Shown one piece after another: positions 35,847-49,946 of a DNA stretch of 64,000 nucleotides (its first letter is position 1; every line of letters begins with the position of its first letter). The stretch covers positions 310,001 to 374,000 of the forward strand of contig JAPEUD010000004.1 of NCBI GenBank assembly GCA_026026165.1, read 5' to 3'. A program made the translations under genes and the position numbers. The notes beneath the pieces were generated by a model. The model worked only from the letters and a program-made list of their open reading frames with translations, searched no databases and was not told the origin of the DNA. Origin of the DNA: Sarea resinae. Its lineage: Eukaryota.

Positions 35847-38800
35847 ATGTTCTCTACAAATCTTGGAGAGTTCGGTCCGAGGTCGCTTCGGCTTCCTTTG
35901 CCTGTCATGATCGTGCACTCCGACGCAGAAGCAGGTCAAACCAAACTGGTTTCAGCTCTTCGCTCGAAATACCCATCCCAGTGTAAAGCTATTCGACCGC
36001 AGTTTCACCTTTGGACATATTATGACGACTACGATGTTCATCTTATGGGTGCTGCATTTTTGTGCGCCGTTTTACAACGCATCGGTATCGAAAACGTCAC
36101 AAGGGAAGAGCAGGTCCATAAGTTTGTTGATAGCTGGTGGACAACGCATCTTGACCAGTCCGTGAACATCGATGCAAACGTCAAGAACACTTTCACCCTG
36201 CAAGAAATCGAAGGCCATGATGAGGATTTCTTGAACGATGCATTGGCGGTGCTTAAGGCTTTCAAGGGTCCAAACGATGTTACACTGCCACAATGTGGGG
36301 TGAGCAACCAAGGTACGAAACAAATCACAGACAACTATCTCCTAACAACATATCTTAATTTTTGTACTTCCTAGCTCCCTTGCCGATTCAGTGTCTTCCT
36401 CCTGGTTCTAGCCCCAAACTCTACGATAAGGAAACTCAGAGATGGCCAATTTACACATCGGGGATGTGGGACCAACCGCGAAGTTACGTCTCGACTCCAG
36501 TTGGCCGTATGCAAAACGTGCAATCAAACCAGACTCGACCGTCTTTCAATCGAAACCACAGCGCGAGGGGTGTCGTTTCGAAGAACGATATGAAGGGCCG
36601 GACAGATGTCTTTCATTTGAATCAGGCGAACAAGTCAGCAAATAGCACAGTCCACACGGAAGTTGTGGATCCGAATCACGAGGTCTCCTCTGGGCCTGCT
36701 GTTAATTGCCTAGTAGTGAACGATAATGAGAATAATCCACCTGCTGAGGCACGTATTGCTAAAACGACTCTCCAGGCTTCGGCCCCTGAGTTTCACCTCT
36801 CTGGGTAAGCGTCTTCTTCGACCCTTGAGGTCCTTTCCAGTCTCTTCTTGCTAATGATGTCTAAGTCCATCGGAATACTTGCAGCCTGCTGGTTGGCCAA
36901 CAGCATTCTACGACCAATACCCCCCATATCTTGCGGATGCTCAAGTCTTGGATAGCCAGGTGAAGAATGCCACATTTTCGGAAGATGTTTCTTGTTCGCC
37001 TCGTTCTCCTTGGAGAGGGTTGTATGACGTCTCTCAACATGAAAATCTAGCTGCAGCCATGTATCCAAACATGATGAGCCGTCCTTACCCTCAAGACGAA
37101 ACGATCCAGATTGAACAGCCAGGGCTCCCTTTTCCATTTTCTCCACAGGACGCTCAATTCGCCTACTTTCAGCAACCTTATAGCAATAGCTGCTGGCCTC
37201 AATCCAGCCCTGGAATCGTACCGTACCCCGCTCCGATCGAGTATCAAGGGCCTGTGCAGGGATTCGAGAATATCAATCAACATCAGATTGCTCAACAGTA
37301 TCCAGGGCTGGAGACTTCCCAGAGTCCGGAATTCAGCCGTCTTTATGATAGCGACATTCATGCCCCTGTTGACCAGAATTTGAGCTATCAGTCTCCCCGT
37401 GGTGAGGGGCAGCCTTTTCAAATGGCCCCTCATGATATTGGTACCACCGACTCGACGCAAATGCGTTCGCGGATCGGATCTTGGAGCGCTTCACAAAACG
37501 CGACGAGTAGCGAAACCCTCGACTCTCGATCAAACCGTATGAGTACCGCGACTAACCAACGTAGGTCTATGAGCGGGCCTTTTCAGGACCATTTGACGAG
37601 TCCTGTTGCCATTACTGGCTTCCAAAATACTGGTAACCTGGGTATCCGTCATCCTCAGAGCTCAGGCTATGCTACAACCAAAGCTCACGGCTCGAGATAT
37701 CTGCAGTCGGGATCCAACCAAAAGAAGCGTTCGGATGCTCTAGGGCGATACACACTCTCTCAGGACGAGGTCTATATCGGAGATATACCAATGTATATCA
37801 GCGAATCAGACTTGATGGAAATGTTGGCTCCCTTGGGCGAAATTGTTGGTTTTAGTACCCGTCCAAATGTGGGCAAATGGAATGCATGGGTCAAGTAAGG
37901 AAACTAATCCCCGAGTTTCAGAACTTGTTGCTGATGTCTTTTCCCAGATTCCAAGACAAAGCCGGTGCCGGTCGAGCAGTGACTTCACTGGGGCGATGCG
38001 TCCTGAGAGGGCATGAGCTACGCGTTCAATACCGGAGACTGCGTCTACCTCAGCATGAAAATCCTCAACTCAGTGAGCAAAGCCACGAGCATAGCCACGA
38101 GCATCAACTTAGTACAAACGAGGAAAACCTCATACCAGCTCGCGTCATACCTCCAAATGACCATCTAGGAGACGGACGACTGGGCTATGTTAAACCACCG
38201 ACAGGGTCCAGGACATCTATCCCTTCAGATAACGGATCTACTATCCCCTCTCCAAAACATAGTCTACGCCAATTACACCACCCACAGGAAACCGGTGCTA
38301 CTCAGTTGCATCCGGAGAACATGATTGCCATCGAGAGAACGGCTTCTGGAGCGTCTCTCGGTCAGTCGAGTCATCGAAGCCATCTTCTACCCGAGGATGA
38401 TCCCAAAGGTGCTCAGCTTGGTCGCCAAATTAGCCGGGGCCCGGGTGATCCGAACATCTTTTTCGGTGATGATGGTCAGTATCACAATAGGCTAAACGGT
38501 GCTATTGTTCGACGTTTCCGTGATACCGCTGGAACAAATTACAGTCCCCAAGATGCTCGTAGTGGTGTCAAAGCTCGTCGAAATGACCGATTGGGTGATG
38601 GCGGGTACGACTCAGTCCCGAATACTCTCGTCGATAAAGGGCAAGATAAAAAGAGATACAAGAATATTGCTCCTGCAGATATGTTCCCAGACAACTACTC
38701 GATATCTCCTCATAATGCTCAGTTCGGCTTGACTCAGATCCGGGGCAACCCAGAACCTCAGCTGGTCCCGGCCAATCCCAACTTTCATCTCCCAGCGGCC

Positions 38801-40237
38801 TACCAGCAAGCACAGCCAAATACAATGAGTTGGCAGATCATGGGGTCTGAATTTGCTCAACCAGAGTCTAGTGGTGTTTTCACTCCATCTGCCAAACCCG
38901 GATTGTATCTACAGGCCCATGACGCATCGGCTATTCAGGTCCACAACCATTACATGACTCAATTCGTGTTAGACCGGAAATTGATTGCCAACCTCAGCTC
39001 TCAATATCTTAGTAGGCCTGCCTACGAATTAAATGAGGGCGCTCCAACGGATATGCAAGGGGCCCCACGAAAACCTTCGCCTAAGAAGAGAAGTGGGAGA
39101 GCTGGCAAGAAGCATGAGCTTGAGCGTCAGTCTGAGAAGAGCGTCCTGAAAGGGAAGCAGGAACTTTTGACAGTTCAGAACAGCTCACGCTCAGCTTCTG
39201 GAAGTAATTCGCCTGAAAGAAAGACTCAGGAGTCCGAGCCCAAAGCTAGCGTACAACACCAGGACACGCGAGGGAGGAAAACTCGAAAGAGTTCGCCCAG
39301 CAACGACGGGACAGCAATGCACACCATTAAGGTCCCCCCGGCGGTCGAGTACCGACCACACTCAGGCCAAGGGCACTCGTCATCGATAGGATTCTCTCTT
39401 AAAGATGATGTGACAAGAAATTTCAACGACTTCCCCGTTACGTCTATGCCGAAACGAAGCTCATCAAGTGGAAACACAGGTTCGGAATCAAAGGACCAGG
39501 CTGATGGAATGCAGCCAATAAAATTTGAGAAGCAGCCTGTTGTCCCAAGTGCTCGCACAGTTGTATCTCGTGCCAGAGGAGGTAGGCCACCAAATACGAC
39601 CCATTATCCATCCGGCCAACAAAAGGCTCAGTCTTTTCCTCCGGATATCAACTCAAGCTCAGCTTTTCCCGCCCTTGGAAACCCGGCCTCTGTGGTGCAA
39701 TCTGTTTCGCCCCCAAAAGGCAGTGATAGGGCTGCGCGTCGTCTAGGAAAGAAATTCAAGGTGCAAGGTTCGTCCAGAGACGTGCAGCAGAAACAGGATA
39801 TTGGGACCGCTGCTCCTCTTGGTAACATCACTAATGCTCGCGACGCTCCGGTAATGACCTCGAATAACATGTCCATGAGGCCACGTGCTGGTACTCACGA
39901 GCAGCACGGTGGTTTATGGGAGAAGCCATCGGAGCAAACGGAACAATCAACCACTGGCAAGAAAGTCCAACCGACGATGTGGTCAAAGGTTGCGGCTCAG
40001 CCTGGTCTTCAGGGAGCCTCGGCCAAGAGCTCGGATGTCACTCCAATAGACATCAATACTAAGGCAGGTGTTGAAGAGGGACCAATCAGCAGCACAGAAC
40101 ATAAGATCACTCCAGCCGCTAAGGGTCAAGAGCTGGGAGCCGCATCCAAGATTGAAAAAGACTCTGAGGGGGTGAATCACAATGATGCTGCGGTCGAATC
40201 CGTGGGGGCAGTGCCTGAAGCCAAGGATCGTCAGTGA
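35847..40237 (+). CDS. Large, mostly low-complexity protein with one RRM (exons 35847-36312, 36375-36804, 36866-37894, 37948-40237); start uncertain
   Basis: Four ORF segments join in frame. RRM split by intron 3: EVYIGDIPMYISESDLMEMLAPLGEI...NAWVK|FQDKAGAGRAV...LRGHELRVQY. Confidence 0.7.
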
Positions 40238-41386
40238 TTATGATGTTGTCGAGATACCAGATGTTAGGGCGTTAGTACCGTGTCCAGCTGAACGAGGTGG
40301 TAGACGGCAAGACCAGTAGAACTCGAGCCTCTCGTTTCGGCAACTGTTACTTTTACGACGCGTCCACGTTTCTGTTATCATCTTCACGCTCACTTCGAAC
40401 GGTTCTCAAAAGCTGTGAGGGAGATGTCACAACAGCGCTGTCGTGTCAACCAGTAACGGAATCAACGTGTGGAGGGCAGAGATTCTACATTGTTTCACAC
40501 ATGGCGACAGTCGTGTAGCTAATACCTTCATCCTTTCCTCGGCGAGTGGGCCACCTTGTTACAGTGGTACGCCTGCCTGTACTTAGACGTAGAGCCATTG
40601 TGCATAGAAAAACTTAATACAAATTGATATTCATGGAAAGCATGTAACAAGAACGTCACTGTGGTAATACAGGGACAGTTGCAACTGGTCAGCTTCTAAG
40701 AGTGGAGTGAAGAAGTGAGAAGGAACGTGCCTACTGCTTGAGTTAGACTGGTAGAACAGATCGGCATGTGAAGAAGGGATATATAAGAAGAGTACAAAAG
40801 AGGCTTAGATGTTTTTCGACGGTGGAGTCGAGCTAGAACCATGTAGGGCCAAGGGTGCCTGTAGAGCAGCGCAGGGCAGAGCAGAATGACTAGAGTGACT
40901 AGGTAGGGTAGATAGGATTGATATTGCATTTCCTCGGTTACAGATAGGTTCTCTATAGAAGTAAGACATAGTAATCCCTGCTAAGGTAGATAGAGCAAAC
41001 CAGGGGAAGGCGTACACATACAGATTGTAGAATCTCTATGCAATTATTTCCTCAGGGAAGGGGGGTGGGTGGGGGGCGGGAGGGGGGCACTAGTGTCAGT
41101 GTGCTAGAGTGTGCGTGGTTTCACGTGTTCTCTATGGATACAGTCTCTGTAATTTGAAGGCGTTTTATATTCTTTTTGGCTTCGAGCCTTTTTTCCTGTA
41201 GGTCTTGTTTCCTTCCTGGATCGCGTCCTCCTGTTGCTACAGCTGTTTTGGCTTCTTTTATGGGGAACAGCTCTTACGTACTTACGAGAGAAAGGATGGA
41301 AGTCCAAGGGTACCGATTGACCTATTCCAGATTCCGGGTAAGACTACGATAAATCCTACGGCGTAATTCGCCTATCCATTCGACAT

Positions 41387-43170
41387 TCATTTCGACGAGG
41401 CTAGATCCCCTCCATAGCTTGTCCTTCGGAGGAGGGATGCGGAACAATCGCTGATACTGCCGATTCCAGCCAAGCCGAGGGTTTGCTCGATGTCCTATCA
41501 CCCACAAAAGAGGGGGCGTCAGTAAGGCCATGACTTTCTTCTTCTATCCCGTGGTCATACATGTCAGAGGAGGGGGGGGGGGAAAGGGGGACGGACCGCC
41601 AAAATGCCCTTCATGACATCGCTCGCGCCCTGCTTGCCCGCCACCGCGAGCCCGTAGCACCACGGTCGGCCCAGCAGTACTCCCTTGGCGCCCAGGCTGA
41701 TGGCCTTGACGACATCCGCGCCGGTCCGCACGCCGCTGTCGAACAGCACCTCGACGCCGGTGCCACGCAGCGCGTCGACGATCTCGGGCAGCATCTCCAG
41801 ACTGCCGATGGCGCCGTCGACCTGCCTGCCGCCGTGGTTGCTCACGACGACGCCGTGGACGCCGGCGTGGGCGGCCAGGGCGGCGTCGGCCGGGTGCTGG
41901 ATGCCCTTCAGCACGATCGGGCCGTCCCAGTGCTGTTTCAGGAAGGCGAGGTCCTCCCAGCTGTGCGAGACGCCTGGGAAGGCGGTCGGGGTCCACTCCC
42001 TTGATGCGACGAGGACGTCGTCTTCCGGTGCGATGGAGTGTTTGGCGGCGAGCTTGGAGCGGAACACGGGGTCGCTGAAGCCGATGGCGTTGCCGATCCC
42101 CGCGATGAAGGGCACGTAGGCGTTGTCGAGGTCATGTGGCCGCCAGGAGAGCGAGAAGGTGTCGAGTGTTACCACTAGGACAGTGTAGTTGTTTTTCTTG
42201 GCGCGGTTGAGGAGCTAGAGGCACGTGTTAGCTCTTGGATTGAGAGACGGGAAGAGGGTGAGATGGAATGATAACTGGGACAGTGGATGTGGTTCAGTGA
42301 GTTTGAGCAGTTTCTACTCAGGAAAGAGGGAAAGGGGGTGAGGAAAAGGCTGCTATGAGGCCGCATCACAAGCCATGTAGACAAGAGAATCAAAGCAAAC
42401 CTACCGAAATCGTCACCTCGTCATCGGTGGGCCAATAGAGCTGGAACCACCTAGGCGCATCCTCCCTTCCCTTTTCACTGGCCTCTGCTACCTCTTCGAT
42501 ATTGGAGCTGGCTGCCGTACTCAAACAATACGGAATCCCGAGCTCGGCGGCCACCTCAGCAACGCCGGTCTCTTTGTCCTCATGAAAGATGCTCTGCACG
42601 CCTATAGGCGCGATGATTAGGGGGGTGTCGTAGGTTTTGCCGAAGAGGGAAACGCGCAGGTCGCGGTGGGGGGTGGGGCGAAGCATGCGGGGGATAATCT
42701 TTTATTTCATCCAGAGTTAAATCTGAAATTGTCTTTCAAGGCAAGAAGTGGCAGTAGCAAGAAAACATTGCAAAGCTTTCCCGATTTCATTCCTTGCTCT
42801 TTCATTTTGACATGCCTTTGGCAACGAACCTCTCCCTTTTCTCTACCTGTACTCCCTTCGCAAAAAAGGCCAAAAAGCTGTACCATTGAACTCAAAGGAG
42901 AGAAGGGCAGAATATTACCTTCCATTGTCTAAAGGCTAACCTATTTGCATCCATGGTAGCCCCCTCTCCCGCGCCCCCAGCCACATAGCCATAGCTCCGC
43001 GCACTCAGACGGCTTTTGGCTTGCGCTTCCAATTTGTTCGGGTCTGTCGTCACTCTCGGTAAATGGTTCTGCTGTAGTCCGGCCGCGTAGATAGAGGTCT
43101 GGTAGGAGGCATAGTTCGAGCCCTTCTGAGCTGGTGGGGGGTCGTTCGCGGGAGGTTGGGGGGTGGCCAT
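41387..43170 (-). CDS. FMN-dependent alpha-hydroxy acid oxidase/dehydrogenase (lactate 2-monooxygenase-like), 4 exons
   Basis: YGYVAGGAGEGATMDANR, APIGVQSIFH, WFQLYWP, VVTLDT, IVLKGI, VSNHGGRQVDG, DSGVRTGADVVKA, GRPWCYGL; last exon DIEQTLGLAG...ASSK*. Confidence 0.96.
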
Positions 43171-45945
43171 GATGATTTCTCGCGGGGGGTTACTGTAGGA
43201 TACGAATGCTCTTTGGGAAGGTCGGGAGGGGGTATGGAATAGTAAGATGATGAGATGAGAAGGAAATGGCGATTAGGGTAGGAGTTGACTTCCGGGTGGT
43301 CGACTGATTGAAGGGAGTTCCAAGGAGGCAAGTTGGTTCCAAGGTTACCTACCTAGGAATTAGATACATGCGAGATAATAATACGTCACTGTTGACAAAA
43401 CTGTACCGTCATATCGGCTTATCGATAAAGCCGTTTGTCACTAATGTTAGTCGCACCGAATATCGCCGCTTGCTCGAATATCCTCACCAACAGCTAAGAG
43501 GTAAGGTGGTTGCGCCGCACCGATATAGAAGGGCATCTAGGAGTATTGGAGTATTGATCCTTTTACATCTCTGTACTGCGACAACCGTGTTATCGCTCAT
43601 CTAGACAGGCTTCGCCTTTCCCATTCGGCACCTGGGCCTACGTGATACCTCCACTTACTGACGAACTTACGTAGCATACACCTGCCGCGGCTCGGCGCAA
43701 GCATGGCAGGACCAGTGATCCACAACCAGATCAAGCCGAGGGAGTATGGATATTGCGAGGCATATGTGAGGGGACCCTCCGCACTCCATCAGTGACGCCG
43801 GGATACCGGGACTTTGATGGAGCCTCCGGAGGGAAGGCTTCTATCTTATCTTGCCCAACCATCATTCTTTTTCTTCAACGGACAGGGTTCAGGGTCGGTA
43901 GATCCGCGGTAGTCAAGCCTCGGGCTTGCTCACTGCTGAAGAGACTTCTGAGCACCCATCACTCACCCATATGCATACACTGCTTAAAGTCCTGCTGGAA
44001 GGTGACTGGAGGTTTCGGACACGGCATGAGATGGACGGTCTCTTATCGCCTTCCCAATTTCAATAGAGAGATAGGAGCATAAGGATGCACCCGCAGCATC
44101 CAGAGGGGTGAGGAGTGACTAGGAGTAAACGAGATTCTGCAGTAAGAAAAGCGTTTTGGTGCCACAGCAGATTTATATACCGTGATACCTTTCATTGCCG
44201 CATGCTTGCCTATGCCTAATTGCGTGCATGGCATGGCAAGTCGCACAGCTTTCACGCGAGCAGAAAGTGAAGAAGAGGACACGTGCAAAGGCAGGTATGC
44301 TTTCTCTCCTCCTCCTCTAGGGGTAAGCTAAGCCACGTGCCGGTATGCTGTGCCGCCCTGCTGGGCTGTGTGCTCGTATCGACGGGATGATTCTGCGCTT
44401 TAAAGAGGTGTCCAGGACGTAAAGATGGGATGGGCCGCATGAACGGACTGCAAGGGACGGACGAGGTCGATCGGCGAGCGAGCGGGGTGGATGGAGCTAT
44501 CATGTTTCTGAAGCCTCTGTGGGTGTGGCCCCAAGCGGTTTAGAATCATGGTGATGCTGGTGATCGTGGGTGGTGGTGGGTGGTGGATGATGGATATATG
44601 GGCTATAGTTCGATTGTTGGATGTTTTGAACTGCTGTTGCGGGCGTAGTACGAAACGGAGGAGAGAAGGGGGGGAGCACAAGTCGTATGTGGGAGTACCG
44701 AGAAGGGGGCGTAGGGGCGGGACTAGAGGGAGCGTTAAGTTAGTTCCGTTCTAGGGTCCGCTCCGTGGAGGGTCAGTCGGGATATAGGGTAGGGGGTCAG
44801 GGGTGATTAGTCTATTATTTCTCGAAGGATTACATACCTCATACCCTTGAAGTCTCGGATTCCAGGATCTTTTCAATAATTTCCCTCCCTTCCCTTGTGT
44901 CCGCGCCACGAGATGCCTGCAACTGTGAGATGTAACTTCGTACTATCAGCCTGCGATAGCCCGGTACCGAGTTGCATCGTTCGACGCGCTGATGAATGAT
45001 TTTCGTCGCGGGGGATGCAGTGGCATAGACGCCAGTCAAGGGAGCTAAGTTAGAGCGCATGGAAAGATCTGAGATTGCATGAAGCCATTGCTGTCTATGT
45101 AAGTATGCTTTGCGTCCAGAGCAGGGCGACAGGGTAGAAGCTCATGAGCGAGATGTTGGTGTTCTTTCGGTGCAAAGAAGAGCAAAGAGATCCATTCAAT
45201 TCCAACGGTCAGTCTAGCTTTGCGGGGGAGTGGAGAAGAAAGGGAGATAGGATCACGTCTAGAAGATGAAGACGAAAACGAAGAAGCCCTATCTGCTCTC
45301 CGCCGCCACCCACACACCCACACACCCATTCTCTAGCCTTTCGAGGTCCATGCTCTCTGCTCTCGCGGCGCAATGGATGATGGGAGATGAAATGGGCTCA
45401 AGGCTCTGAGAGCACTCCTTTTGTCTCGGAGTAAGATATCTGTTCGCGGAAATGGTGCGGTAACACGGGGAGAGAGAGGCCGACCGGTAAGGTCACAAAC
45501 GAACGAATCGTAGAGACAGCAAGGACGGCAAGGACTGTACAGTAGATGTGGAAGTCAAGTCGAGAGTAGAAGAGCCCAATGACTACTAATTAGAACGGAA
45601 ATTCCAATTTAGCTGTGAAGATCTGAGGTATATACTATACCCGCCTTCGGCATATAGCTCTATGGTCTGTAACATTCAATCTTACTTGCTTTGATTGCTT
45701 TTTTCGACTCCCTCGGGACATAGGGCACGACCACCGCACGCGGTAAAGATATCATCATCTCACACACACACGCACCTTCGCCTTCACTGACATTGTCGTC
45801 GTCGCCGTCGTCGCCCTCTCCGCCGCCTCCATGGCTGCAGTCGCCCTCACCATCTAGATCGACGCAAACCTAGCATGCCTCACGTCGCTCGCGGCGGTCA
45901 GCGCCCCCACCACCGAGAGCCGCCGTCGCCATCCTCCGCCGCTCA

Positions 45946-46514
45946 ATGGCATCGCCCGCCAATTCAATCCCGGACACGCGCCTGGGTCTTTCGGCAGATG
46001 AGGTGCAACTGCTGCGCCGACACCAGCAGATCGCACTGTCGCAGGCCGGCAGCTCGCGCGCCGCCAGCAATGCCTCCAGTCAAGGCCGTTTATTGCTCGA
46101 CCCCAGCAGTTTGCAGGCTTTGGGATATCATTTTGATCGTCTGATGCAGGCTATTCAGCAGAGGGTCCAAATGGTGTGTTTGCGCTTTTTTTCTCGCTCT
46201 CTTATTGATAATCAATGACAACATTTTGCCTGCAAAACGATCTAAGCCTTTTTTCCGTTGGATGACTATTCAAACACATGAGCTCATGCTGACAATCACA
46301 GCTCACGCAGCAAACACAAATCTCCACCTCATCCCAACATTCCCGCGCCGGCACCGCCATTCAAGTCGCTGACGCCGAAATCGCCCGCTTCCGAGACATC
46401 CTGCGCCAGATCGATGAGTTGGAGGTCGAATTCGACAAGGTGAGACGGATTCGTGAGATCGTGAGAGGCTTTAGAGCCAGAGTCGAGGCATTGGACAGGA
46501 GGGTCGGGCGATGA
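45946..46514 (+). CDS. CNL1: BLOC-1 subunit Cnl1-like coiled-coil protein (2 exons)
   Basis: LGLSADEVQLLR...SQGRLLLDPSSLQAL...|...ADAEIARFRDILRQIDELEVEFDKVRRIREIVRGFRARVEAL. Confidence 0.75.
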
Positions 46515-47251
46515 ATCATAGACTGGAACAAAGCTGGACCAAAAATGCTTCGTGGATACAATCAAAGGATCGTAGTGGAGGAATTCGACAGCGAAGGAAC
46601 ACAAAACTGACATGGATGTCATTGATGCTGCGGGCCGGGCCTTGGAGCTGGGTGTGAAAAGATCAAATGAGACGGGCTTGGTGTGACTGTTGGCAGCCCG
46701 GTCTCAACACAAAAAGAAGGAAGGAAGCCTCGCGGCATATGATATTTGGGTCAATTGTAGAAGGGCTTCGCCTCACGGCATCCGCATCTGGTATACGGAG
46801 GAGCATCAATCGGGAAAAGAAAGAAAGGTTTAGCCTCGCGGCAATGATCGGGCGTTGGACCTGTTTTTCTCGGATACCCTCTATCTTTCTTCTTGGTTCT
46901 GTTTGGAAGGCCTCTAGTTTTGCAATGTCTACTCTCTGCTCTTCGTCTAGCTGAGTCCAGCTGCCTGTTATGTATCGCAAGTGCGCCTATTTAATAAGAG
47001 ATTACGTTTACTTCTGGTATATCTTCGTTAAGCATCTGAAGAAGCTATGTATGTATGCTGTGTGAAAGCAAATATTGTTTGTAAATGCAGTATCGCCATA
47101 TACCCGCGCCGAGTGTTCATCCATAGCGTAAGATGAATGTTGAAGGAAGCAAATGTTCATGTAGATGGCAACAAATAATCGAGCACATAAATGCAAAATA
47201 GCAAAAGCAGGATATCGAAATTCGACAGGTTGCGCACATAGAAAACGAGAT

Positions 47252-49853
47252 TCAAATCTCGGCGCCAGCTTGAAGACGGATCTGGAGCTCTCCATAATCC
47301 TCTTCTTGAAGAAGTGTAATCAGATTCTTCGTAGCCAACGCCAGTGTATGATGAAATGCCTGAGCAGCGACGATCTTCGAATGTTCCCTTGGCGGCAGCA
47401 GCGCACTGAACGTGATGAAGTCCTTGCCAGCCGCTCCCGCCCCAGCGTCCTGAGCAAGTTCATCTCCATTCCCATCCTCAAGAAGATTCTGGAACCCTGC
47501 GCTGATGAAGTCAAAGAAGTTGTAGCTCTCTTTGTCCAGGGTCTTTTTCATCCACTGAGATTCCGCTGCGGTTTGAGTATCGACGTTCGCTGCGGGACCG
47601 AATATCTCGTACTCGTTCTGGGCTTCTAAATCACCAACAGCCAAGCCTTCATCTCCTAGAGGCTCGGAAAGCTCTTCATGCTCAGGCAGCTCCAGACTTG
47701 AAAGGCGCTCAAGCCTGCCTGCGCGACCTCGACCTGTTAAAGGGCTTGCACTTGTAAGGAGGCTCATTCTTCGATGCAAAGAGCTGCGAGGCCCGACTTC
47801 GCTGCCACCAGCCTGAGAGCCAGGACCTCCAGCACTGCTTGGGAAGCCACCAACACTCCCGGAAAAGCCGCGCCCACGAGCAATCGAGGACCCTTGGCGA
47901 GATCCACGGACAGATGCGCTCACGTTCCAGGGCATGACTGATGAGAAATCTCCCGGCTCAGAGGGAACATTGCGGCCCATTTCGATATTCTGTAGAATTG
48001 TTGACTTAGCATAAACAAGACGAATGGGTGGATGGAAAGCTCACATCGTCTTGTCCGAGAATTAAGCCGTAATCCTCATCGAGTTGTTCTTCTGCACGAC
48101 CTACGTGATCGCCGTCATCTCCTTGAACAGGTTCCTCCCCTATCACCCCTCCTTCATCCAAATCCCGTTCAGGTCGAAGACCTTGAGCTCTAGCTCTACT
48201 GGTCCAACCTCCCGTTAGAGTTGCCATCAGAGACTGTCCGGAGAAAATCTGTAAGGGAGAAGGCATTGATGACCGCCCTAAACCTGAGCCGATGCCGCCA
48301 ATTCCGCCTTTGAACACCCAGAATGCCGCATTCCTTTTAGCCTGTGCTGCTATCTTGTATTGCTGCTTATGCTTCATAATTTCCGACATATTCCGAGCGT
48401 ACTCATTGTTCCAACGGGCAAGGTCAGCGTTGCGAAGCTCCGTATTTACCTCAATGTCAAACGTCTGGATTTTCTTGTGTCTGCGACGGACAGGGGCTTC
48501 ACTTGAGTCAGATGATTCATCAATTTCCTCTTCAACCACCGAAGGGTTCTCAAGAATGCCTGCTCTTGCAGCTCCAGGTGCTGCCATTTCTGGAAAAGGT
48601 TCAGCTTCTGGAAGGTCGAGATAATCGCCAGCTGGCACATCATAGTCCACATCCATTGCATAATCCACCTATTCATCATCAGTGCGTAGTCTCAGAAGTA
48701 TACCGCACGGGTGACTGACTTCCGGTCTAGCTCTCAAAGCCTCCTCAGTCTCAAGCCTTACCCGTCCACTTGCTGCAGAGTCACCGCGAACCCTACCTTC
48801 TCGGGCGCTGGGCGTCTGCTCCCTTACGGCTTCTCCTGGCCCAGGCAATTCGATGACATTTCCTTCCGCATCAAAAGAGAAATCGATGTCTGGGTTGAAG
48901 CCGTCGTCTGCGTCCATGGGGCCCGCATCAGCGATTCCCACCCTCCCGCTCTTCTGTGTTGAACTGAAATCATCTCCGAATCCTTGGAAGCCTCCAAAGT
49001 CATCGAGTCCGCCAGGATCGGAAGAAGGTATGATGAGTCCCGGAAGAGGCGGCTCTGACCCTTGAACGCTTGAGACGCTGGACTTAAGAGACAGAGGAGA
49101 TAGGAGACTCGAAGCTCGAGATAGGTCCGAAGACGAAGACGAAAACTCAAGGTTCAGAGGCGCAAGAGCAAGGTCAAGGACAAATGCCGGATCATCTTGA
49201 AGGACTAGCTGGTCAGGCCTATATCGATCATGTGTCAGAGGAAATTTTTGAATTGGGTCGTAACCTAGTCACCTAGCCTTGCCCGCGTCTGGATCAAGCT
49301 GCGATGTCTTGACAGCCTTCAGAAGAGCCCTAATGGTGTTTTGAGCATTCTGTGCATCTGTGAGGACGAAGGTGCATTGTTGGGAGTAGACTCGTGAAAC
49401 GCCATAGCTATAAAGCAGCATCAGCAACACAGAATAGTATAATCAAACCCTATGGAAGCTGGCAGCGCAGCTCTTGATATCTCTGGTCCTTGCTTACAGA
49501 AGATTGCTCTGCAGTCTGAGGGCCATAGGAGCCTCCGGAGCAAGAATCGTCTCGCATGCCTTGGGCACATCGACCTCGAGAATCGCCTTGCGGTTGACCT
49601 TTTTGAGAGAGGAGTGCGAGCCCAGTGTGGCCACCAGCCTGCAGACATATTCAACAGCTGATACGCTAGCACGCCGAGGTCGAGAGCCTTACCACACAGT
49701 CGCTACGCCGTACTTGCGTGACGTGAGGACTATCATCCATCGGTAAGCGTTCCATTTCGGCCTGAAATAACGGTGCGGCCTCTTCTCATGGAGGTAGGAA
49801 GTGGGCAGGTAGGTAGATAGGCATTGAAGCTTACTCTCGTGACTATAAAACAT
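47252..49853 (-). CDS. REC8: Meiotic cohesin kleisin Rec8 (Rad21/Rec8 family), about 7 exons
   Basis: MFYSHE|ILTSRKYGVATVW|LVATLG...KVNRKAILEVDVPKACETI...PMALRLQSNLL|YGVSRVY; C-terminal winged helix AAQAFHHTLALATKNLITLLQEEDYGEL. The N-terminal wording fits fungal Rec8 better than Rad21. Confidence 0.92.
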
Positions 49854-49946
49854 GATGATCAAGGTAAGGCAGGTAAGAATGTCCACAAGATGATAATAGA
49901 TGGTAGGTAAGGTAGGTTTAATCGAGTGAGAGCGGCAGACTTGACG

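Noticed and set aside
41387..41400. Cryptic peroxisomal signal by stop-codon readthrough in the FMN oxidase and other genes
   Set aside because: None of the stop codons checked has the TGA-CTA context followed by an SKL-like tripeptide.
44043..44760. Short minus-strand ORFs after a pyrimidine-rich leader
   Set aside because: No recognisable motif or consistent splice model.
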